Origin: Sphingomonadales bacterium
GTDB taxonomy: Bacteria; Pseudomonadota; Alphaproteobacteria; Sphingomonadales; Sphingomonadaceae
Direction: 5' to 3'
Assembly: GCA_028869175.1 (NCBI GenBank)
Contig: JAGWTB010000001.1
Span: 2,532 to 66,531 of the forward strand
Length of the DNA: 64,000 nucleotides
Shown here: positions 9,001 to 18,483 of the stretch, one piece after another
Layout: every line of letters begins with the position of its first letter
Numbering within the stretch: the first letter of the stretch is position 1
Made by a program: the position numbers and the translations under genes
The notes under the pieces: generated by a model
The model's database searches: none
What the model was told of the DNA's origin: nothing
What the model saw: only the letters and a program-made list of their open reading frames with translations

Positions 9001-9048
9001 CTGTTAGGTGGGTGACAAGGCCTGTTAGCTTGGTGACAAGTGCTGTTG
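9001..9048. promoter_or_regulatory. 21-bp direct repeat (CTGTTAG-N3-GGTGACAAG) x2 plus a partial third copy in the divergent Slam/hmgA promoter region
   Basis: CTGTTAG at 9001 and 9022, GGTGACAAG at 9011 and 9032, CTGTTG at 9043; extra TGTCAC at 8980. Confidence 0.55.
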
Positions 9049-9122
9049 CCGGGGCCTGCCACTTGCCAATTGCGGGCAGGCAGGTTAATGCGGTTTCAAT
9101 TGAAACGAAATTGGAGCCGCCC

Positions 9123-10391
9123 GTGCGCTACCAGTCCGGCTTCCTCAACCACTTCGCCAGCGAGGCGGTGGCCGGTGCCCTGCCGCAAGGACGCAACAGC
9201 CCGCAGCGCCCTGCCTTCGGCCTCTATGCGGAACAGTTCTCCACCACGGCCTTCACTGCGCCGCGCGCGGAAAATCGCCGATCATGGCTCTATCGCCTGC
9301 GTCCCTCCGCCGCCCACGCCCGTTTCAGCCCATGGCCCGGCGCTCCCTTGCTGCGCGGGGCCGGGCCGGGGCCGGTGACGCCGAACCGGCTGCGCTGGGA
9401 CCCGCTGGCGCTGCCCCTTGCCGAAGGCGATTGGCTGGACGGACTGACAACCCTTGCCGCCAATCCCGGCATTGCGATCCACCTCTATGCCGCGCGCGAA
9501 TCGATGCAGCGCCGCGTGGTGCAGTTCAGCGATGGCGAGCTGCTGATCGTGCCGCAGCACGGCGCACTGCATCTGGTGACCGAGCTGGGACGGCTCGATG
9601 TCCTCCCCGGCAGCATCGCGCTGATCCCGCGCGGGCTGCGGTTCCGGGTGGAGCTGCCGCAAGGGCCGGCACGCGGCTACGTCTGCGAAAACCATGGCGC
9701 GCCGTTCCGTCTGCCCGATCTGGGCCCCATCGGTGCCAACGGCCTTGCCAGCGCCCGCGATTTCGAGACTCCAGAGGCCTGGTTCGAGGATCGCGACGAA
9801 CCCTTCCTGCTGGTGCAGAAATTCGAAGGCGCGCTGTGGGCGACCGAACTCGATCATTCGCCGTTCGACGTCGTGGCATGGCACGGCAATTCCGCGCCAT
9901 GCCGCTATGATCTGGCGCGGTTCAACACCATGGGCACGGTCAGCTTCGACCATCCCGATCCGTCGATCTTCACCGTCCTGACCAGCCCTTCGGCGGTGCC
10001 CGGGACGGCCAATTGCGACTTCGTGATCTTCCCGCCGCGCTGGATGGTGGCGGATGATACCTTTCGTCCGCCGTGGTTCCACCGCAATGTCATGAGCGAA
10101 TTCATGGGACTGGTAACGGGTACATACGACGCCAAGGAAGGCGGCGGCTTCGTTCCCGGTGGATCGAGCCTGCACAATGCCTTTTCGGCGCATGGACCCG
10201 ATGTCACCGCAACGGAGCGCGCCATGGCGGCCAGCCTTGCGCCGGAAAAGCTCTACGGCACGCTGGCCTTCATGTTCGAGAGTAACGCCGTGTTGAGCCC
10301 CACCGAATGGGCTCTGGCAACGCCGCTGTTGCAAGCCGATTACGATGCCTGCTGGCAGGGTTTCCCCAAGGCAGCTATCGGCGGGCCGTGA
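9123..10391 (+). CDS. hmgA: Homogentisate 1,2-dioxygenase
   Basis: YQSGF...[10 protein letters not shown]...[45 protein letters not shown]. Start uncertain (GTG 9123 with GGAG SD). Confidence 0.95.
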   Translation: MRYQSGFLNHFASEAVAGALPQGRNSPQRPAFGLYAEQFSTTAFTAPRAENRRSWLYRLRPSAAHARFSPWPGAPLLRGAGPGPVTPNRLRWDPLALPLAEGDWLDGLTTLAANPGIAIHLYAARESMQRRVVQFSDGELLIVPQHGALHLVTELGRLDVLPGSIALIPRGLRFRVELPQGPARGYVCENHGAPFRLPDLGPIGANGLASARDFETPEAWFEDRDEPFLLVQKFEGALWATELDHSPFDVVAWHGNSAPCRYDLARFNTMGTVSFDHPDPSIFTVLTSPSAVPGTANCDFVIFPPRWMVADDTFRPPWFHRNVMSEFMGLVTGTYDAKEGGGFVPGGSSLHNAFSAHGPDVTATERAMAASLAPEKLYGTLAFMFESNAVLSPTEWALATPLLQADYDACWQGFPKAAIGGP

Positions 10392-10395
10392 AGGA

Positions 10396-11712
10396 TCAGC
10401 GGCGGTCGGGCGGCATGCCCCGGCCGCCCGCGATCAGCACCAGCAGGCACAGACTGGCGATGGCGGTGAAGCCGAGCCAGGGCGAATGGTTGTAGAGCCA
10501 TACGCCGATGGCCGGAGCAAGGATATAGGCCGATCCGTTGACCGCAGCGGTTATCCCTGCCGCCTCGCCTTGTTCGGCACGGGTGACGGCGAGCGAGGTT
10601 CCGGCGGTAAAGCCGGGCCGGAACAGCCCGAAACCCAGCGAAGCGAGGCCGAATCCCAGCGCGATGGCATGGAGGTTCCCCGCTACGGCAAACAGCGCGG
10701 TGCCAAGCGTCGCCAGCGCCATGCCGCCCAGGCAAGCGGCGCGCGGTCCCAGCCGCAACAAGGGGATCAAGCCCCATTGCGCCAGCAGGGTGGCCACTGC
10801 ACCGACCATCAGTACCAGCGCGATCGGGCTGGCCCCCGCCTCGGGAAGGCCGCGCAAGCCCAGCCGGTCAAGCACCAGAAACCCGGCGATTCCGGTCAGC
10901 GCCGCCTGCGCTTGTCCGGCGGTGAAACCGGCGACTATCCAGGTGCGCACGCGCAGATCGCTCCAGCGCAGGCGCGCATGGGCGGGAGCCAAGACGGCCT
11001 CCGCCTCGGCATCGATCTGCGGATCGGCACCGGCACCATAGGGCGCGCTTACCACGCCGCCGCGCGCGGCGTAGCTGGGCGCGTCGTCAGGCAGCCGCAG
11101 CCGCAGCGCTATCAGGATGACCACGCCGATGCTGGCGAACCCCAGGAACGGCCCGACCAGTCCCAGAACCGGCACCACCATCAGCGGCGCTAGCGCCGGG
11201 CCGACCACGGTGCCCAGCCCGAAGCTTGATGAAACCAGCGCGAGCGCACGGGTCCGTTCCTCGGGCGCGGTGCGGCTGGCCCCATAGGCCTGGACCGCAG
11301 GCGGCGCGGCCGAGGCAAAGCCGCCGAACAGGCTGCGCGCCACGGCAAACAGCACCAGGGTGGCGAAGCCCGTCACCAGTCCGTCCAGCCCCAGCCACAG
11401 CACGCCGCCGCACAGCAGGAAACTGGCGATGAAGCCGCCGAGGCCAATCGCCATCATCGCCTTGCGTCCGCGCCTGTCGGATCGGCGTGCCCATTTCGGT
11501 GCGCAGACCATCCACAGCGTTGCCGACCAGCAGAATGCGAGATTGATCCAGAAGTCCGGTACATGCAGCTTGGTGCCGATGGCCGGCATCACCGATTGCA
11601 TCGCCGTATTGCCTGCCGCCGACACCATGGTGACGGCAAACAGCAGTGCCAGACGCCCTTGCGGCAGCTGCGCAGTCGCCGGTGCGGCAGCAAAGGGATC
11701 GGGGGAAGACAT
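10396..11712 (-). CDS. MFS transporter
   Basis: About 12 hydrophobic segments; motif A RRSDRRGRK; GTVVGPALA. Confidence 0.9.
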   Translation of the reverse strand: MSSPDPFAAAPATAQLPQGRLALLFAVTMVSAAGNTAMQSVMPAIGTKLHVPDFWINLAFCWSATLWMVCAPKWARRSDRRGRKAMMAIGLGGFIASFLLCGGVLWLGLDGLVTGFATLVLFAVARSLFGGFASAAPPAVQAYGASRTAPEERTRALALVSSSFGLGTVVGPALAPLMVVPVLGLVGPFLGFASIGVVILIALRLRLPDDAPSYAARGGVVSAPYGAGADPQIDAEAEAVLAPAHARLRWSDLRVRTWIVAGFTAGQAQAALTGIAGFLVLDRLGLRGLPEAGASPIALVLMVGAVATLLAQWGLIPLLRLGPRAACLGGMALATLGTALFAVAGNLHAIALGFGLASLGFGLFRPGFTAGTSLAVTRAEQGEAAGITAAVNGSAYILAPAIGVWLYNHSPWLGFTAIASLCLLVLIAGGRGMPPDRR

Positions 11713-11811
11713 GTTGCCAGCCGGGTAATCCGCCGCAACCCGGCTTGCAATGGCCCGGCAAATTTGCAAACGCCGCAATATCGGATTCAGAACACCGGGA
11801 AAAACCGCGCA

Positions 11812-12453
11812 ATGTCCAGTTCAGAGCTTGCCCAGGAGGCATTCCTGCCGAAGCTGGCGCGCCGCGTTTCGCGGATGCTCGGGCCTTGGGGCGTGTTTTT
11901 CGAGGGCTTTCTGGAACATCCGGTGATGGTCGGGTCGATCATTCCGTCATCGCGGTTCACCATTGCCAAGATGCTGGCCCCGGTGAAGTGGGACGATTGC
12001 CGGCTGTTCGTCGAATACGGCCCAGGGGTCGGCACCTTTTGCCGGCCGGTGCTGGACCGGCTGCGGCGCGACGGGCAGCTGCTCGTCATCGACACCAACC
12101 CGCTGTTCATCGACTATCTCAACCGCACCATCGCTGACAGCCGCTTCACCGCCGTTCTCGGTTCGGCGGCGGACGTGGAGGACATCGTCCGCGCGCACGG
12201 CCACGATCACGCCGACTATGTGCTTTCGGGCCTGCCGTTCTCGACCCTGCCCGACGGTGTCGGCCCGGCCATCGCCGACGCTACCTGGCGCGTGCTGCGC
12301 CCCGGCGGGGCCTTCCTGGTCTATCAGTTCACCGCCAAGGCGCGCGATTTCATGGCGCGGCACTTCGCCCGGATCGACAACGGGTTCGAACTGCTCAACA
12401 TCCTGCCCTGCTTTCTGTACTGGGGCTGGAAGGACACTGCCGCAGACGGCTAG
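11812..12453 (+). CDS. Class I SAM-dependent methyltransferase, phospholipid N-methyltransferase (PmtA-like)
   Basis: VGSIIPSS, VEYGPGVG, VLSGLPFS, LRPGG motifs. Confidence 0.8.
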   Translation: MSSSELAQEAFLPKLARRVSRMLGPWGVFFEGFLEHPVMVGSIIPSSRFTIAKMLAPVKWDDCRLFVEYGPGVGTFCRPVLDRLRRDGQLLVIDTNPLFIDYLNRTIADSRFTAVLGSAADVEDIVRAHGHDHADYVLSGLPFSTLPDGVGPAIADATWRVLRPGGAFLVYQFTAKARDFMARHFARIDNGFELLNILPCFLYWGWKDTAADG

Positions 12454-12543
12454 GGTCAGGACCTGTTAGCCGCGTCTTCGCGGCGCTGGAATGGCGAACA
12501 TATCGGGCGGATATTCGCGCGCCCGCGCCCGATCACCCTCGCT

Positions 12544-13362
12544 TCAATCGAATGTTGCGCTGACACGCTCGCCGGAAGGCCCGGCCAGCTGGCGATGGAT
12601 CGCCGCGACTATCGCGACGAAATAGGTGGTGAACACCATGCTCAGCAGGCTGGAAATCGCCGTTGCAATCATCCGGGCCGTTTCGCCCACGCCCAGCATG
12701 ACGGCCAGCAGCGCGCCGATCATCAGCATGGCGACGATCAGCACCACGCCGAAGGCCAGCCCCACCAGTAGGTAGAACAGGAAGATCGACAGGCTGTTGC
12801 CCCGGGTCAGCTCCCAGGATCGCTTGAGCGCCGCCAACGGGTTGCGTTCTCCTTCCACTGCGATCACCGGCGAGGTCAGCGAGGTCTTGATCCCGACATA
12901 GACCACGCCCACCAGCAAGAGCATGACGGCAAGAACGATCAGGCCGACGGACTTGGTCGCCGCCGCTGCCCCGACCACCATTGCCCCGACCGCGCCCATG
13001 CCGATACCAACCAGGATCTGCGACAGAAAATAGGGGATCAGGCAAGCCACACCCTGGCGCAGCGCCTCGCCCACGGTCGGCCGGGTGCGATCGGTGAACA
13101 GGGTCAGCATGGCCAAAGTGCCCACGGCCTGGAACACGCCGGCCAGCAGCAACCACGGCAGCGCGGGCTGCCAGTAGTTGATGAGGAACTCCAGCGCCTC
13201 CTTGCCCTTGATCCCGGCGGGCGGCTCGGGCTGCGGGAACAGCAGTGCGAAAGCCAGGTTGGGCAGCAGCAGGAAAACCCCCGCAATGGCGAACAGAACG
13301 TCGCGATTGGCGGTAACGGCCTCGCTCGCCTGCTTCCAGGCAAGGTTGCTGTCGAACTTCAT
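12544..13362 (-). CDS. Integral membrane protein (YciC / GDPD membrane-domain-like)
   Basis: Six hydrophobic segments; PVIAVEGERNPLAALKRSWELTRGN; GGAGG SD before MKFDS. Confidence 0.75.
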   Translation of the reverse strand: MKFDSNLAWKQASEAVTANRDVLFAIAGVFLLLPNLAFALLFPQPEPPAGIKGKEALEFLINYWQPALPWLLLAGVFQAVGTLAMLTLFTDRTRPTVGEALRQGVACLIPYFLSQILVGIGMGAVGAMVVGAAAATKSVGLIVLAVMLLLVGVVYVGIKTSLTSPVIAVEGERNPLAALKRSWELTRGNSLSIFLFYLLVGLAFGVVLIVAMLMIGALLAVMLGVGETARMIATAISSLLSMVFTTYFVAIVAAIHRQLAGPSGERVSATFD

Positions 13363-13436
13363 GGCTGTCCCTCCGGCGAACGGTTCAATGTCGCGCCCCC
13401 TTGATAAGCGCATGAAATGCCGCCACGCAACGCGCG

Positions 13437-14108
13437 ATGACGGAAACTCTGCCCGGCCCAGTCGAAATATGCCGCGAAACGGCACCCGTGCCCTATCGCG
13501 CGGCGCTGGAGGCGATGACGGCGCGCAATGCGGCGATTGCCATTGGCGAGGCGCGCGAGCTGATCTGGCTGCTCGAACACCCGCCGGTCTACACCGCCGG
13601 AACCAGCGCGGCGGCGGCCGAGTTGCTCGATCCGCGTTTCGAAGTGGTGCAGGCCGGGCGCGGCGGGCGCTATACCTATCACGGCCCCGGCCAGCGGATC
13701 GGCTATGTCCTGCTCGACCTCCGGCGGCGCGCGCGCGATGCGCGGGGATTCGTCCACGCGCTCGAAGGCTGGGTGATCGCCACGCTGGCAGACTTTGGCG
13801 TCGAATCATGGCGCAGCACCGGGCGCATCGGCATCTGGACGCAGGACATCGACGGGCGCGAAGCGAAGATCGGCGCGATCGGCGTGCGCATTCGCCGTTG
13901 GGTGACCATGCACGGCTTTTCGGTCAACCTGTCGCCCGATCTGGCGCATTTCGGCGGGATCGTTCCCTGCGGGATCGAGGAATTCGGCGTCACCAGTCTG
14001 GCCCGGCTGGGCGTAGAGGTTGATTCCGCCACGTGGGATCGGGCATTGCTGAACCACACCGATGCATTTCTTGCCGCGCTGGACGTGGCGTGCCCCAAGG
14101 AAAGCTGA
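13437..14108 (+). CDS. lipB: Lipoyl(octanoyl) transferase
   Basis: [40 protein letters not shown]. Confidence 0.97.
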   Translation: MTETLPGPVEICRETAPVPYRAALEAMTARNAAIAIGEARELIWLLEHPPVYTAGTSAAAAELLDPRFEVVQAGRGGRYTYHGPGQRIGYVLLDLRRRARDARGFVHALEGWVIATLADFGVESWRSTGRIGIWTQDIDGREAKIGAIGVRIRRWVTMHGFSVNLSPDLAHFGGIVPCGIEEFGVTSLARLGVEVDSATWDRALLNHTDAFLAALDVACPKES

Positions 14109-14111
14109 CTC

Positions 14112-14444
14112 ATGATGCGCAACCCCCGCCTGCCTGTTCACGTGATCGCCGTCGCCGCCCTGCCGCTGGTGCTGATGGCCTGCAACAAGGCTGAGCCGGC
14201 GAAAAAGGCCGACGACCATCGCGCTGCCTCGGGCGAGATTCTCGAGGGCTCGGCCAGCGACGCGATGCTGCCGATCGATTCGGTCCGCTCGCAGCCGCCA
14301 CTGGCACCAAAGTCGGACAGCAACGGCGGCGACAGCAAGTCGGGCAAGGACGCGTCCGACAAGGGCGGCAAGCCTGCGGGTAGCGCCAAGCCGAAGCCGG
14401 CTGCCTCCGCAGCAGACGCCGGGGCGGCTGGCCCCGGAGAGTAA
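14112..14444 (+). CDS. Small hypothetical lipoprotein
   Basis: Lipobox LMAC; GEILEGSASDAMLP core; low-complexity tail. Confidence 0.7.
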   Translation: MMRNPRLPVHVIAVAALPLVLMACNKAEPAKKADDHRAASGEILEGSASDAMLPIDSVRSQPPLAPKSDSNGGDSKSGKDASDKGGKPAGSAKPKPAASAADAGAAGPGE

Positions 14445-14447
14445 GTC

Positions 14448-15323
14448 TCAGACCTGCATCCCGAGCTTGCGCCGGGCGAGGTTTGCCTGTGCGTTATCCA
14501 GCGTCCTCCGGTCGATCCCGGCGGCGAGCTGCCCATCGGCCACCGAAACCAGCACGCGGGCGGCGTCGAGTTCCGCATCGCTGGGCGTAAAGGCGGCGTT
14601 GATTGCCGGGACCTGGGCCGGATGCAGCGCCACCATGCCGGTAAATCCATCGGCGGCCCCGGCCACGGCTGCCGCTTTCAGACCCTTGATGTCTTCTGCA
14701 TCGGGATGCGGGGTTTCCAGCGCAATCTCGCCGCGCGCATGGGCGGCCAGCAAGGTATGGGCGCGGACCAGTCGCATCGGATCAGTCCAGTCGCCTCCGG
14801 GATGGCGTTCACGCGTCGCCCCCAGCGCGGTCATCAGTCCCGCTGCTTCCCAGCCCAGCCCGGCAAGGCGAGGCAACGAAGCTTCGACATAGTCCGGGAT
14901 GGCGATGGCCGCCCGCGCCGTGCCGCTGACAATCGGCAGGATGCGGGTCGATCCGGTGGGGATGCCGTGCTTCTGCTCAAGCTCATAGAGTTCCGACGCG
15001 AGATGCTGGATCGAAGCCGGGCCTGCCGCGCGGGGCAGGACGATGCCATCGGGCGCGCCGGCCATGACTGTCATCAGGTCTTCATGCGACAGGCGGCTGT
15101 CGAGCGGGTTGACCCGCACCCAGCGTCCGAACTTGCGGTTTTCCAGAATCTGCGTGCGATGGACGGCCAGCCATTCGCGCGCGCGTTCGCGCGCCGCCTG
15201 CTTCATCGGCATGGCCACCGAATCGGCCAGATCGACGATGATGACATCAGCCCCTGAAGCCGAAGCCCTGGCCAGCTTCTTCTCGCTGTCGCCGGGCACG
15301 ATCAGCCATGAACGCAGGTACAT
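14448..15323 (-). CDS. CitE/HpcH aldolase-citrate lyase family protein with degenerate metal-binding motifs
   Basis: RSWLIVPGD, DLAD, WVRVN, GFTG..LHPAQV..INAAFTPS. Confidence 0.85.
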   Translation of the reverse strand: MYLRSWLIVPGDSEKKLARASASGADVIIVDLADSVAMPMKQAARERAREWLAVHRTQILENRKFGRWVRVNPLDSRLSHEDLMTVMAGAPDGIVLPRAAGPASIQHLASELYELEQKHGIPTGSTRILPIVSGTARAAIAIPDYVEASLPRLAGLGWEAAGLMTALGATRERHPGGDWTDPMRLVRAHTLLAAHARGEIALETPHPDAEDIKGLKAAAVAGAADGFTGMVALHPAQVPAINAAFTPSDAELDAARVLVSVADGQLAAGIDRRTLDNAQANLARRKLGMQV

Positions 15324-15448
15324 TGTGGTGCGACCCTCCTCGCTCCGGCAGCCAATTGCAGACTCGCCGATTCGCAGCCTGCCTTACATGGCATTGGTAT
15401 GGTGAAGATTTGGTGCGCAAGGCCGCGCTATCGTCTAGCGAGGGGCGC

Positions 15449-16333
15449 ATGGCCACCCTATCCACTCCGTCGCGCGTCTGGCGGCCCGCGCATGTGGCGG
15501 CGCTGGTCGGCGGTAACGTGGCGCTGGCGCTGGGGCCGTGGTGGGTGCGGCTGGCCGATAGCGGACCGGTATCCGCCGGCTTCTGGCGGCTGTTCCTGGC
15601 GCTGCCGGTGCTGTTCGTGCTGGCCCGGGCGAACCGCCAGCCGGTCGGCGGATTTCCGCGCGGCACCTGGTTGGCGCTGGCCGGAGCCGGAGCCTTCTTC
15701 GCGCTCGATCTTGCCAGCTGGCACCTCGGCATCGGCATGACCCGGCTGGGCAATGCCGCGCTGTTCGGCAATGCGGGCAGCGTGGTGCTGATGGCCTGGG
15801 GGCTGATCGCACTGCGCCGCCGCCCGCACCGGGCCGAGGCCATGGCTTTTGCCGCCGCGCTGGCGGGCACGGCGATCCTCATGGGGCGCAGCCTGGAACT
15901 GGGCGCGCAGACGCTGATGGGCGATGCGCTCTGCCTGCTCGCCGGATTGCTCTACGCTGGCTATATCATGCTGCTGCAGGGTGAACGCGCGCGTTTCGGC
16001 AGCTGGAGCTTGCTCGCCCTGTCAAGCGCGGCGGGGGCACCCGTGCTGCTGGCCGTCGCCTTGCTGCGCGGCGAACCGGTCTGGCCGCACCATTGGGGGC
16101 CGCTGCTGGGGCTGGCGCTGACCAGCCAGATGATCGGGCAGGGGCTTCTGGTCTATGCGCTGGGCCATTTTCGCCCGCTGGTGATCGGCCTTGCCCTGCT
16201 GACCCAGCCCGCCGTGGCGGCGCTGGCCGGCTGGCTGGCCTTCGGTGAACGGCTGGGCCTGATCGACGTACTGGGTATGGCCCTGATCGGCGCGGCACTG
16301 GTGCTTGCCCGACTGGGGGAGGAGAAAGGGTGA
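15449..16333 (+). CDS. DMT/EamA family transporter
   Basis: Ten hydrophobic segments in two EamA-like halves; QPAVAALAGWLAFGE. Confidence 0.9.
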   Translation: MATLSTPSRVWRPAHVAALVGGNVALALGPWWVRLADSGPVSAGFWRLFLALPVLFVLARANRQPVGGFPRGTWLALAGAGAFFALDLASWHLGIGMTRLGNAALFGNAGSVVLMAWGLIALRRRPHRAEAMAFAAALAGTAILMGRSLELGAQTLMGDALCLLAGLLYAGYIMLLQGERARFGSWSLLALSSAAGAPVLLAVALLRGEPVWPHHWGPLLGLALTSQMIGQGLLVYALGHFRPLVIGLALLTQPAVAALAGWLAFGERLGLIDVLGMALIGAALVLARLGEEKG

Positions 16334-17325
16334 GCATGGCGGCCGCCGAACCGCACTTTCCCGAAGTGGCGGGACTGGAGGCATTCTGGACCTTCGCCAC
16401 CGGTCGGGCCACCGCCACGTGGCGCATTGACCGTCCGGTGCGGGTCATGCTCGACATGCTTGGCCTGGGGTTTGAGCAGGTACTGACCGAGTTGCGCCAG
16501 AATCGGCCCGACTGGCCAGCCTTCGTGCGCTGGATCGCCGAAACGGCCGGGCTGCCGGACAGGGCGGAGCTGGCACGCTATCACGCCATGCTGCGCGGCG
16601 ATCCGCCGCCGCTGGCCACGCGGGCCAGGCTCGATGCGATCACCGCGATGACGCCGGTGCTCGACGAGGCCGATCTCGCCCACTGGCAGCGCGAGGGCTA
16701 TGTCGTGCTGCGCGCCGCCATCACGCCCGAACAGGCAGCCGCCGCCGCCGCACTGGTATGGCGGCTGGTTGGCGGGCGGACGGGTGATCCGGCGAGCTGG
16801 TATGACTGGCAGGGCAACGGCGTCATGCTCCAGCACTTCCAGGACCCTGCGCTGGAGCCGGTGCGCCGCAACGCACGCGTCCACAAGGCCTTCGCGCAGT
16901 TGTGGGGCACTGCCGACCTGTGGTCGATTATCGACCGGGTCGGCTTCAATCCCCCGGTCGTGCTGGGCCATCCCTATCGCGGGCATGAAATGCACTGGGA
17001 TTGCTCGCTCGCCCGCCCGATCCCGTTCTCCACGCTGGGCGTGCTCTACCTGACCGATACCGAGGCCGATCAGGGCGCGCTGCGGCTGGTGCCGGGCTTC
17101 CATCACCGGCTTGATGACTGGCTGGACAGCCTCGGCGGCGCGGACCCGTGCGCACAGAACCTCGATCACCTCGCCCGCCACATTCCCGGCAAGGCGGGCG
17201 ACCTGATCATCTGGCGCCACGACCTGCCGCACGGCGCCAGCCCCAACAGCTCAGACCGTCCCCGGCTGGTGCAATATGCCAACATGTACCCGGTAACCTG
17301 GGCGGACCGGGAGGAGTGGGTCTGA
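16330..17325 (+). CDS. Phytanoyl-CoA dioxygenase (PhyH) family Fe(II)/2OG oxygenase with extra N-terminal region
   Basis: EGYVVL, HWD, GALRLVPGFH, AGDLIIW..LPHG, RLVQY. Confidence 0.85.
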   Translation: MSMAAAEPHFPEVAGLEAFWTFATGRATATWRIDRPVRVMLDMLGLGFEQVLTELRQNRPDWPAFVRWIAETAGLPDRAELARYHAMLRGDPPPLATRARLDAITAMTPVLDEADLAHWQREGYVVLRAAITPEQAAAAAALVWRLVGGRTGDPASWYDWQGNGVMLQHFQDPALEPVRRNARVHKAFAQLWGTADLWSIIDRVGFNPPVVLGHPYRGHEMHWDCSLARPIPFSTLGVLYLTDTEADQGALRLVPGFHHRLDDWLDSLGGADPCAQNLDHLARHIPGKAGDLIIWRHDLPHGASPNSSDRPRLVQYANMYPVTWADREEWV

Positions 17326-17392
17326 CGCGAAAGTATCCATTATCGACTCGCTTCGCTTTGCCTGATATATGTGATTCACTTAGTTTGCAGGC

Positions 17393-17677
17393 ATGGAGTT
17401 CGAATTCGATCCGGCCAAGGGTGAGGCAAACCGTTTCAAGCACGGGCTGCATCTGGCTTTAGGGGTGCGCGTGTTCGATGATCCCGATCATGTCGTGGTC
17501 GCCTCTCACAGGCTGATTGATGGTGAGGACCGATTCAAAGCCGTGGGGTTGGTCGCCGGCAAACTCCATACCGCGGTCCACGTCTGGCGCGACGACCGGA
17601 TCCGGCTGATCTCGGTGCGCAGGAGCAACGCAAGTGAACAAGGATACTATGATCGCCATACCGGCCGATCCGGATGA
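17393..17677 (+). CDS. BrnT-family toxin
   Basis: MEFEFDPAK..N..KHGL, GEDRF, RIRLISVR. Confidence 0.9.
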   Translation: MEFEFDPAKGEANRFKHGLHLALGVRVFDDPDHVVVASHRLIDGEDRFKAVGLVAGKLHTAVHVWRDDRIRLISVRRSNASEQGYYDRHTGRSG

Positions 17678-17918
17678 TCCCGAGGATTTTGACGTTTCGG
17701 TTGCTGCGCTTGAGCGTGGCCTGATGGGGCGACGCGTGCGCCAGCTTCGGGTCCGGCTAGGTATGACCCAGCAGGAGTTCGCCGAGGTATTCGGCATTCC
17801 GGCCGCCAGCATCCGCCAGTACGAAATCGGACGCCACATGCCCCCCCCGGCGGTACGCGCCTACTTCAAGGTGATCGAAGCCGAGCCGGACATGGTTCGG
17901 CGGGTGATGGCGGGTTAG
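17634..17918 (+). CDS. XRE/HTH_3 transcriptional regulator, putative antitoxin
   Basis: RLGMTQQEFAEVFGIPAASIRQYEIGRHMP helix-turn-helix; acidic N-terminus; overlaps the toxin gene. Confidence 0.85.
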   Translation: MNKDTMIAIPADPDDPEDFDVSVAALERGLMGRRVRQLRVRLGMTQQEFAEVFGIPAASIRQYEIGRHMPPPAVRAYFKVIEAEPDMVRRVMAG

Positions 17919-17925
17919 GGGTAAC

Positions 17926-18483
17926 TCAGGTGCGTCGAAGCAATGGAAATTCAGCTTCCCAGTTTTTGCTCGCGACACGCTCTTCAAAAATGGCTCGCTT
18001 GCAGTTCTCGAAGGCACCGGCAGGTCGTAATTTCAAGCCCAAGAGATCATCGAAACCAAATGGCGCAATAAACTCGCAACAATCGTCGCCCGTTCGTCGA
18101 ACGGCAACGGCGGTCGCAGTTTCAGGCCAGTAACGCATGGCGTCCTCCGACGATCCGTAAGGTTCGTCACCATTATCAAAATGCATTCTGGCTTGATTGC
18201 AAACAGACCAGTCAATTCGGGGGTCAAGCCGGTTTAAGGCCGATTCCAGGTCTTGATCACGATGCTCGCTTGTTTGGCTCGGATCGAACCATATTACATC
18301 GACATCGCTAGTGATCGCAGGCCTGCGATCATGAAGGACATTCCAGACAAGATTGCGAACAAATCCAGCAGCGATCCAGCAGTCCGGCAGTTCAAGTGAC
18401 CGGACATGCCCCAAGATTTGCCAATGGAAGGAATCCTTCCTCAGCCACTGGCCGATCTGTAGGGAAGGGGACGGACCGCTCAC
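17926..18483 (-). CDS. DUF925 (NTP_transf_6) nucleotidyltransferase-family protein
   Basis: WIAAGFVRNLVW, DVDVIWFD, NQARMH, WPETATAVAVR, APFG.DDL; visibly lower GC than its neighbours. Confidence 0.85.
   Translation of the reverse strand: MSGPSPSLQIGQWLRKDSFHWQILGHVRSLELPDCWIAAGFVRNLVWNVLHDRRPAITSDVDVIWFDPSQTSEHRDQDLESALNRLDPRIDWSVCNQARMHFDNGDEPYGSSEDAMRYWPETATAVAVRRTGDDCCEFIAPFGFDDLLGLKLRPAGAFENCKRAIFEERVASKNWEAEFPLLRRT

Noticed and set aside
12451-12470. TAGGGTCAGGACC resembling an IS5-family terminal repeat
   Set aside because: No partner end or transposase seen; too short to support.
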